A stretch of DNA of 64,000 bases from a virus: the IMG/VR virus record IMGVR_UViG_3300045988_062794. One strand, 5' to 3'. The notes under the pieces were generated by a model. That model had not been told where the DNA came from, searched no databases, and worked only from the letters and a program-made list of their open reading frames with translations. This document shows positions 7,966 through 14,954 of the stretch, piece after piece. The position numbers were made by a program, and so were the translations under genes. Position 1 is the stretch's first letter; each line of letters opens with the position of its first letter.

Positions 7966-8051
7966 GTAAATGTAGTTTAAACACTATTATAGTGTAAGGA
8001 GAAAACAAGCAATTTTCATTGCTTATAAGAGTTCGAGTCTCTTCATTTACT
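7966..8051 (+). ncRNA. tRNA-shaped element E1 (expanded D-loop, non-canonical anticodon-position loop)
   Basis: Acceptor stem GTAAATG (7966-7972) / CATTTAC (8044-8050). T-arm AAGAG-TTCGAGT-CTCTT (8027-8043). D-stem GTTT (7975-7978) / AAAC (8003-8006) encloses a 24-nt loop that has its own ACACT/AGTGT hairpin. The arm at the anticodon position, AAGCA/TGCTT, has an 8-nt loop ATTTTCAT (or 6 bp plus a 6-nt loop), never 7 nt. A T7 run follows (8051-8057). Confidence 0.5.
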
Positions 8052-8079
8052 TTTTTTAGATCATTTTAAATAATACAAT

Positions 8080-8430
8080 ATGCTAAGATTAACAACTATT
8101 CAGAAGTTACCGTGGACGAAACTATTCTCGGTAGCAAATTTGTTTATACGCTATTTGGGTCTTACTAAGTATGACGCATTTCGGCTAGCGTATAGTTGCG
8201 TGTGTGGTCATAATATCCTTATTCAAGGGCCACAAAGAACCAATTTCTATTTGTTGCATAATAAACTGTCTAATATCAATTTTCGAGTATATCTTGAACA
8301 AGTTGATGGTTTATCTATGCAAATAGATAGAAAATACTATGAACCTGTGAGAATGGGTTTAGAGAGAAAAGGTAAACCAAATCTTTGGGAAAGCAAACTC
8401 AAAGAGGTACTGATTTTTAGAACTATTTAA
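8080..8430 (+). CDS. hypothetical protein
   Basis: 116-aa ORF. Confidence 0.5.
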   Translation: MLRLTTIQKLPWTKLFSVANLFIRYLGLTKYDAFRLAYSCVCGHNILIQGPQRTNFYLLHNKLSNINFRVYLEQVDGLSMQIDRKYYEPVRMGLERKGKPNLWESKLKEVLIFRTI

Positions 8431-8447
8431 CTTAGATAAGAGTAGAA

Positions 8448-8843
8448 ATGACAATAAAACTTTTATTTAATTATAAGAATTTAGATCAAAAACTTCGCCA
8501 AATAAAACTTTTACAAACATTGTTTGGTTTAGGTTTAAAGGAAGCTAAATATGCTGTAGATTGTGGAGAAATTCTACAATGTGAATGTGATAAAAGTATA
8601 GTCGAAACGATTCGAAGTAGTAATGCTAATATTGAAGTAATAACACTTCCTTCTCCAATAAAAGCAGAAGAATCATTTCAGCTAACAGTTTATTCGAATT
8701 TACAGAATTTATTTCCTCAGGATAAGTCAGAATGTGTACTTATAAGTAAAGAAGAATATAATCTTTTAACTAAATACAAAGGATTATACTTAGATATAAT
8801 TGGTACTCTCAACAATGTTGTAAAGCAATTTTCAAATTCTTAG
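8448..8843 (+). CDS. protein with a ribosomal L7/L12 C-terminal-domain-like N-terminal region
   Basis: IKLLQTLFGLGLKEAKYAVDCGEIL....IVETIRSSNANIEV parallels the bL12 CTD signature (V)IK.VR..TGLGLKEAKDLVE...........L..AGA.VE. Confidence 0.5.
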   Translation: MTIKLLFNYKNLDQKLRQIKLLQTLFGLGLKEAKYAVDCGEILQCECDKSIVETIRSSNANIEVITLPSPIKAEESFQLTVYSNLQNLFPQDKSECVLISKEEYNLLTKYKGLYLDIIGTLNNVVKQFSNS

Positions 8844-8885
8844 TTTTATACCTTTACTCAGTTATTAATTAATAATTTATCAAAA

Positions 8886-9395
8886 ATGGAAAATCAAAGT
8901 TCAGGAGCCTTTAAAGGCTTTGTCGCAGTAATTTTATTGCTGCTTGGAGTATGTGCCGGCATTTGCACATACAAGTACGTGAAGGGAGAAATCCCAAACA
9001 TTACACAATCCGCTACGGAAGAGTTTATTGAATCCGAGATGGAAGCAGTGCCTACAGTGGAAGAAGCTATGCAAGAATGGAATGATCTTAAAGAGTCATC
9101 CAGGTGTTACGAAGTTTATAGTAACTTTCCACCTGAAATAATGCAGGCATTGTTCGAGAAATTAGGAACGCAAGAGCCTATAAAGAGGTATGTTCAAGAG
9201 TATGAACGTAACAGGGAATACTACATATCTCTACAGATTGCGGAACAATTAAAACATCAAGGACTTAATAATCCTGGAGTAGATGGAAAAAGGATTGAAG
9301 GAGTAGAAATAACTACTAAGTTAAAGAAAGAAAAGGAACCTGAGAAGGTACCAATTCCAGCAAAAGCTGCCAAGGATACAATAGTGTATCAATAA
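8886..9395 (+). CDS. N-terminally membrane-anchored hypothetical protein
   Basis: 169 aa with one hydrophobic helix (FVAVILLLLGVCAGICTY). Confidence 0.55.
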   Translation: MENQSSGAFKGFVAVILLLLGVCAGICTYKYVKGEIPNITQSATEEFIESEMEAVPTVEEAMQEWNDLKESSRCYEVYSNFPPEIMQALFEKLGTQEPIKRYVQEYERNREYYISLQIAEQLKHQGLNNPGVDGKRIEGVEITTKLKKEKEPEKVPIPAKAAKDTIVYQ

Positions 9396-9746
9396 CAGTT
9401 TACAACTTCATTATTTCTTCAGTGGCTGTACTTGCATGCGAATGTAGGTGCAGTCGTCCTCAGAAAATGACAAACCTGTGGGGCGTAAGTAACTAAGTAG
9501 TAATACTATAATGTCAGTATGTAGTATTACACTGAAACTGACTGTTATGATCGTGCGGACGTAAAAATCAGGTAGATGATAAGAATTGTACTGACAATAC
9601 AATTCTGCTGTATCTTAAAACAAGTTTTGATAGTCAAATTTTCCTAAACCAATCCTCGTTATTAGGTAAAATTTCTTTTTGTTTACGTATTGCTACAACA
9701 ATACACATCTGTTATGTATTTATTTTGCATTGTAGTTGTAGATACA

Positions 9747-10211
9747 ATGCCGTCATCAACAATTTTAATAAAATCAAAAATGAAAGCAACAGTAAACGGG
9801 TTAGCAATGATTGTATTGCCTCCCAACATTTCTGTAGAAGAAGCAGAGGTTTTATTCTCTGAAGTACTTAAAAAATTGCGTTCAGAATCTGCTAAGATTT
9901 CTGTTATTAACGCTAACAATGAAGCATTTGCAAGTATTTTTAATGCTAATGACTTATTCAAGCCAAGTGAAGCTCGAGTATTACTTGCAGATAATTTATT
10001 AGTAAAGTTTGCGCAATTTGTTAACGATCCTATCTCTTTTGCAACGGCGTTTGTCAGTGAGTACTATGGCCCTCGTGATGAAATCAATCATGCTGTAGTA
10101 ACAGATATTGCCAGTATTGAAGAAGGCTCTGCTGATTGGGCTTTATTCGAGAGAAAGAGATTAACATTTCTTATCTATCAATGTCGTAACATTCTCAATA
10201 ATCAACGATAA
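9747..10211 (+). CDS. hypothetical protein (start uncertain)
   Basis: Track ORF 9690..10211 begins at TTG. In-frame ATGs lie at 9714, 9747 and 9780. ATG 9747 sits inside an 8-bp hairpin, GCATTGTA (9727-9734) / TACAATGC (9743-9750). Confidence 0.5.
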   Translation: MPSSTILIKSKMKATVNGLAMIVLPPNISVEEAEVLFSEVLKKLRSESAKISVINANNEAFASIFNANDLFKPSEARVLLADNLLVKFAQFVNDPISFATAFVSEYYGPRDEINHAVVTDIASIEEGSADWALFERKRLTFLIYQCRNILNNQR

Positions 10212-10333
10212 TGGGAAAAACGAAGAAAGATAGTAGAGAACAAAAGGCTATGCATAGAAAAGATTCTATGCATAAGCCTAAAATGACTCCTTACAAAAGA
10301 GAGTCAAAAAGTAAAAGAATATACGAGAAGTAA
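10211..10333 (+). CDS. 40-aa highly basic peptide (putative)
   Basis: Its ATG overlaps the upstream stop (TAATG). Hand translation: MGKTKKDSREQKAMHRKDSMHKPKMTPYKRESKSKRIYEK. It is below the track cutoff. Confidence 0.3.
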   Translation: MGKTKKDSREQKAMHRKDSMHKPKMTPYKRESKSKRIYEK

Positions 10334-10585
10334 CTCGCCAGTTATAACTCTTTTATTAATAACTCTAAAGTTAACGCTTATGAGTATGGTGGTTATCCCC
10401 AAGCATGTTAAACCTAACGCCCTAAACTCACTAAAATGTATATGAAGATATATACTACGAGTTGTGTATTTATATACAAATGACATAGTAAAAGTTCTAT
10501 GTTAATTATAAGAAGGAAAGGAGGTAAGATAGGAATAAGGAATAAGAATACTATCTCATGCTTTTTACTTTAGAAACTTATTTGT

Positions 10586-10852
10586 ATGTTAGAAAGAATA
10601 GAAATTAAAAAACTTGTAAAACAAGCTGTTTCAAGAGATCCACCATTAAACTGGTATCTCTATCATATGTGCATATATGGTCGTTTTATATCAAAATTAA
10701 CTGATTATGTTAGCAGTTTTTGTCTTCGTACAGCGAGAAGTTATGAAACATTAATTAATAATATAATTAGTGGTTATGATCCAGTTAATTTTGTATTAGA
10801 TGATCATAAATATGAACGTAGATCAGTATTTGAAGGTATTTATCATTACTAA
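10586..10852 (+). CDS. hypothetical protein
   Basis: 88-aa ORF. Confidence 0.45.
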   Translation: MLERIEIKKLVKQAVSRDPPLNWYLYHMCIYGRFISKLTDYVSSFCLRTARSYETLINNIISGYDPVNFVLDDHKYERRSVFEGIYHY

Positions 10853-10878
10853 TTATTAACATTTAAAACATTATCAAA

Positions 10879-11298
10879 ATGGAAGAAAAAGACATTATTT
10901 CGCAGATCAAAGAAGGTAGAACAGTGAGCAAGTCTATGGTAGAAGAAGTAAATAAGGATATCCTCAAAAACAAAGAGGATGCTCTGAAAAGAGAACTTGC
11001 AACAGCGCTGGTCGACAGCGAGTACAATGTTTCATACAGCAAACTGAAACTGAAACGTGCTCGTGCATTTGAGGAAGTAGAACGCACTCACATTCAGGAA
11101 ACCGGTGCAAATCGGGAATCTCTCATGGCAGGCGGTCTGACTCCGGAAGAGTATAACAAGAAACAGAAGGAAATTGACAAGAAGCGCGAAGAAGAGCTTC
11201 TCAAAGTAAAACAAGAGTACAATACCTATCTTCGTCAGCTGAATGATCAGAATCCGGACATTTCCTGGGATACTCGAAAGAATAGTTTTAATAACTAA
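10879..11298 (+). CDS. charged, probably coiled-coil protein
   Basis: 139 aa, rich in K and E. The antisense ORFs 10863..11087 and 11032..11214 are considered spurious. Confidence 0.55.
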   Translation: MEEKDIISQIKEGRTVSKSMVEEVNKDILKNKEDALKRELATALVDSEYNVSYSKLKLKRARAFEEVERTHIQETGANRESLMAGGLTPEEYNKKQKEIDKKREEELLKVKQEYNTYLRQLNDQNPDISWDTRKNSFNN

Positions 11299-11646
11299 TC
11301 TACAATCCAGTACTAAAGTGTCTATGTACTAATAGTATGTGTAATGTGAATCTTGAGTAGCATTACAGAGAGGAATAAACCTCTCTACTCAAGTCCCTTG
11401 TGGCAGTAGTAGGATATATGAGCGTATCAAAGACGGCAAGTATGTGTGCCTTAGTGCCAGCTTTTTGCTACATACTTTCTATCAAAGATTTCAAATTGAA
11501 AACAGTATATGCTTTATGCTAGATTCTATGAGTATGTCTTGTATTTTGTTTAGCATTCAATAAGTCCCAGGCATGGGCAAGGAATCAATAACACTATTAC
11601 AAATATACTCTTTATAGAATCAATACTATTAGTAAATTCTTAGAGA

Positions 11647-11671
11647 GTAAGGAGAGTGATCTCCTTACTTT
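11647..11671 (+). terminator. terminator-like hairpin in a convergent spacer
   Basis: GTAAGGAGA-GTGA-TCTCCTTAC (9 bp with a GNRA-type loop) followed by TTT. Confidence 0.4.
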
Positions 11672-11738
11672 CACTATATTCACGGTATAAGAACTGTGCT
11701 GTGTCTTATTAGGCTTATTAATCATTGTTAGGACGGGG

Positions 11739-12284
11739 CTATCGTATGCCCCCATCTCCACTATACTTTTGTGCAATTATATTGCATAATTTAATAGTAT
11801 CTTCATGAGACATTGTATTTTTCATATAATTTATTGCAGTAGATATAAATTGTACATTACCAATTTCATATCCTTTAGAAGAATCTATTCTATCTAAAGA
11901 TGCAGTATAAATAGGATTATTATGATTTTTAGTATAAGTTGCTAATTGTAATTTAATTCCAGTATATGGACAAATACCGTTTTGTTGTTCCCATATTTCT
12001 TTTAGATATTCTAATGTTAAATTAAAGTTTTTAAGTCTTTTCTTTGCATTTCTAAGATAATATCTAAAAGGAGTAAATTCATCTTTGCGATTATTTGAAA
12101 TAAGATTAATAATATTACCACTTTTATTATTTTTATTTCCTTTCATTGAACAAGATCTACAACAATAATTATGTCTTTTCAATCGTATATTACGATTATA
12201 TTCTGTAATTGGTTTATCATACAGTTGTCCACAATTATCACAAACTATTTGAATTAATTTTCTATTCTGTTTATATTTTAACAT
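11739..12284 (-). CDS. HNH-family homing endonuclease
   Basis: 181 aa with an N-terminal CxxC...CCxxC and C-terminal CPYTG....SLDRIDSSKGYEIGNVQFISTAINYMK. It is the only minus-strand gene inside the plus-strand block. Confidence 0.7.
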   Translation of the reverse strand: MLKYKQNRKLIQIVCDNCGQLYDKPITEYNRNIRLKRHNYCCRSCSMKGNKNNKSGNIINLISNNRKDEFTPFRYYLRNAKKRLKNFNLTLEYLKEIWEQQNGICPYTGIKLQLATYTKNHNNPIYTASLDRIDSSKGYEIGNVQFISTAINYMKNTMSHEDTIKLCNIIAQKYSGDGGIR

Positions 12285-12487
12285 AATATTAAAATTTTTA
12301 ATTCGAAAACGTATAATATGTGGAATAGTTCTGTTTCGATATTAAAATATACGGGGATGAACGGTTTTGACTAGCAATTAGAGAGATAAGATAGGTTCGT
12401 TGTGTGTTTAAATGGCAATATTTTTGTCACAGACTATACCGGCTTAGTAGCTGCGTAAGTTTGCGTGCTAACTACGAAAGTGAGGGA

Positions 12488-12553
12488 GATAATATAGTTC
12501 AATGGTAGAATAATGCTTATGCATAGATCTGGGTTCAAATCCCAGTATTATCA
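12488..12553 (+). ncRNA. 65-nt tRNA-shaped element E2 lacking an anticodon loop (UUAU tetraloop hairpin instead)
   Basis: GATAATA|TA|GTTC-AATGGTA-GAAT|A|ATGC-TTAT-GCAT|AGAT|CTGGG-TTCAAAT-CCCAG|TATTATC|A. It has a 7-bp acceptor stem, a glycine-tRNA-like D-arm and a canonical T-arm. Only 12 nt occupy the position where a 17-nt anticodon arm belongs. Confidence 0.6.
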
Positions 12554-12571
12554 CATTAAAATTCTATTAAT

Positions 12572-12886
12572 ATGAACAAGGAAGGTATAACGTACAGTAG
12601 TTATCTACAATATGTAGAAGAGAATTTACCGTTATCTTGGCGGAAAGTATCTCAGAAATATAATGTAGAAAAGCAATTGATTGAAGCAATCGCAAAGTAT
12701 TGCTATGAACACCTCTTAAAAGGTTGTGAACTATATTATCATCTTCATGAAAATGAATTGATATGTAGTGCTGACTTTAGTAGAGAATCTCAAGGAATAG
12801 ATTGGTGGATGGATTTAAGCTCAGAAGCCAGTATGTTAGAAAACAATGGTTGTATAGAAACATTCTGTGACAATGACAAAGAGTGA
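12572..12886 (+). CDS. hypothetical protein
   Basis: 104-aa ORF. Confidence 0.5.
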   Translation: MNKEGITYSSYLQYVEENLPLSWRKVSQKYNVEKQLIEAIAKYCYEHLLKGCELYYHLHENELICSADFSRESQGIDWWMDLSSEASMLENNGCIETFCDNDKE

Positions 12887-13268
12887 AAGCAAGTTTTATA
12901 ATTACAATTTCAGTTATTTTGATACAGATCAAGGATTTGTATGTGCTGGAATAAGAGACAATGTTGTCGGTATGTATAACTTACTCGTCTCAAAAGGTGC
13001 CAACGTAGTTAATAAAGATGCAGATATAATTAGAATTAGCAGTAAGAAACCTATTGTTTTATTCTGTTTTAACAGCAATACTAGCATTGGCAATAAACTT
13101 GGTAGTGTCCAGATAATGTCTCATCATTGGTGGAATTATTATCACAACAAAGCACACAGGCATTTGAGTAAAACAAAAATCCATACATATAACTTACCTT
13201 CGCAATGGAATAAAGTACTGATGGAAGGCTGCGTATGGAAGGAAGTAGAAGTATTAATACCAGAGTAA
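12867..13268 (+). CDS. hypothetical protein
   Basis: 133-aa ORF with operon-type overlaps. Confidence 0.5.
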   Translation: MTMTKSESKFYNYNFSYFDTDQGFVCAGIRDNVVGMYNLLVSKGANVVNKDADIIRISSKKPIVLFCFNSNTSIGNKLGSVQIMSHHWWNYYHNKAHRHLSKTKIHTYNLPSQWNKVLMEGCVWKEVEVLIPE

Positions 13269-13269
13269 T

Positions 13270-13464
13270 ATGAAAGTAGGTAAAAGAATTTATTTCGAGA
13301 ATCAAAATGAGAGAAAAGAGTTCATTGCATTACTAAAGGATGCTAAGGACTCTATAGAAGCTGCCAGAATTATAAGTAAAACTTATAATAAGGATATAAC
13401 AGCTGCTATGGAAATCGCTGAAGTTTATTTTAATTATATCAGAAAGGACGGTAAAAATGAATGA
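13270..13464 (+). CDS. hypothetical protein
   Basis: 64-aa ORF. Confidence 0.45.
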   Translation: MKVGKRIYFENQNERKEFIALLKDAKDSIEAARIISKTYNKDITAAMEIAEVYFNYIRKDGKNE

Positions 13465-13882
13465 ATTGAAAGAAAGTGGAAGCTATTTAGTAGTCGTAGA
13501 AGGATGCGAAATCATTGCAGTAATAGAAGGATGCGCACCTATGTTACGAATAACTCGTGCATTTAACTTATCTAAGTTCATAGAAGATGGAACAATGATC
13601 GACAGTAAAGAAGCCGTAGAGGCTATAAGTCAGAATCCTTCTAATTTCAATTTCAAACCATTAAATTTAACTGTTGAGCAATTCTCGTTGCAAGAGATTA
13701 AACAAGACAAATCATTAGCTTACACTAATAAAGAATACCAAAGATGGTTATCTATCTGTGGTAGTATTGACGATAGTGTTCTAATTAGCAATATCATGCT
13801 CGAAAAAGGGTTTAGTCATGCACAAGCAAACTTAATAGTTGAACAGTTATGGAAGGACAAAAGAAACTCATTACAGCGGTAG
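13457..13882 (+). CDS. hypothetical protein
   Basis: 141-aa ORF. Confidence 0.5.
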   Translation: MNELKESGSYLVVVEGCEIIAVIEGCAPMLRITRAFNLSKFIEDGTMIDSKEAVEAISQNPSNFNFKPLNLTVEQFSLQEIKQDKSLAYTNKEYQRWLSICGSIDDSVLISNIMLEKGFSHAQANLIVEQLWKDKRNSLQR

Positions 13883-14328
13883 ATGAGCAAGACTTAAACA
13901 AATATTTAAGGAGTCGATTAGTAGAACCATATCTTCCAAAAGATTTAGTAGAAGATTGGTCTATATTTGGGTCTGTAGTATCAAATGTATATGGACCAAA
14001 CGGTATATTACCACCTGAATACAGAAACAACGATTTAAAACTATGGCTACTACATAAGTTGCAAGTAAAAGCGTTGTTAAAGTATGCTCAGTGGAAGATT
14101 TTCAGTAATATAGCTATGCTAAATAACAGAAGATCCACTGATAATGTATTAACAAGGATATTTGTATCTAAGTTAAACAATTTGGAACTGCCTAAAGTTT
14201 ATGCAGATGAAATATTTGATAATTTTCATCTACAATATGTGGTACGCAAGCCTGTCTTTGAAGACTATTTTGTTATCAAAGTATTAGGTTTACCATTCGG
14301 GTATGAACGAAAGGAGTGTCCTTTTTAG
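13849..14328 (+). CDS. hypothetical protein
   Basis: 159-aa ORF. The G of its TAG stop is nucleotide 1 of minihelix E3. Confidence 0.5.
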   Translation: MEGQKKLITAVDEQDLNKYLRSRLVEPYLPKDLVEDWSIFGSVVSNVYGPNGILPPEYRNNDLKLWLLHKLQVKALLKYAQWKIFSNIAMLNNRRSTDNVLTRIFVSKLNNLELPKVYADEIFDNFHLQYVVRKPVFEDYFVIKVLGLPFGYERKECPF

Positions 14329-14365
14329 ATAGGTAGGGGTTCGACTCCCCTACTTATCACCACCA
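14328..14365 (+). ncRNA. acceptor/T-arm minihelix E3 with an encoded CCACCA
   Basis: GATAGGT (14328-14334) stacks directly on AGGGG-TTCGACT-CCCCT (14335-14351), then ACTTATC (14352-14358), discriminator A, and CCA CCA (14360-14365). The 12-bp coaxial helix includes one G:T wobble. There is no D-arm or anticodon arm. Confidence 0.5.
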
Positions 14366-14381
14366 TTTAGTTTATTAGCCT

Positions 14382-14942
14382 ATGAAGAGAGAAGATGAAG
14401 ACAATCTAATTAGGCAGGCTAAACTTGGCGATCAGAAAGCTTTTAGTACGCTTTACGACCGTCACAAGCCATTAATTCGATACATTATCTTTGATATTGT
14501 AAAGAATGATGATGTAGCAGATGATCTCCTATCTGTTACATTTACTAAGGCTTTCAGTCGTATAGACTCATATGTTAATCCTATTTCATTTGAGTTATGG
14601 TTGAAGAGTATTGCGGTCAATACCTCAATTGATTACATACGACACACTAAGAATGAGAAGCAGAATCATTATATTGATTCCGAGGATAATTACATTCAAT
14701 TGCAAGATAGTGAATTGTCTGCAGAAGATATTATATCTAAGCGAGAATCTATTGATCAATTGAAAGTAGCTCTGAGTAGATTGAGGTTTAAGTACCGTAA
14801 TATATTAGAATTACGGTACTTTAAAGGCCTCAGCTATGAACAACTCGCAAATGAATTAGCCGTGCCTATAGGAACTATAAAAAGTGACTTAAACAAGGCT
14901 AAAAAGAAATTACGAGAATTCTATAACAAACTTAATAACTAA
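14382..14942 (+). CDS. ECF-type sigma-70 family RNA polymerase sigma factor
   Basis: 186 aa. The region-2 signature is SFELWLKSIAVNTSIDYIRH. Region 4 is LSRLRFKYRNILELRYFKGLSYEQLANELAVPIGTIKSDLNKAKKKLRE. Confidence 0.85.
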   Translation: MKREDEDNLIRQAKLGDQKAFSTLYDRHKPLIRYIIFDIVKNDDVADDLLSVTFTKAFSRIDSYVNPISFELWLKSIAVNTSIDYIRHTKNEKQNHYIDSEDNYIQLQDSELSAEDIISKRESIDQLKVALSRLRFKYRNILELRYFKGLSYEQLANELAVPIGTIKSDLNKAKKKLREFYNKLNN

Positions 14943-14954
14943 TATTTACAAACA

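Noticed and set aside
14328-14365. The minihelix read as an attP core or a 3' fragment of a host tRNA gene, which would imply integration.
   Set aside because: The 7 nt immediately 5' of the T-stem are complementary to the 3' acceptor strand. A genuine tRNA 3' fragment would have variable-loop sequence there instead. No integrase or other lysogeny gene is present in the window.
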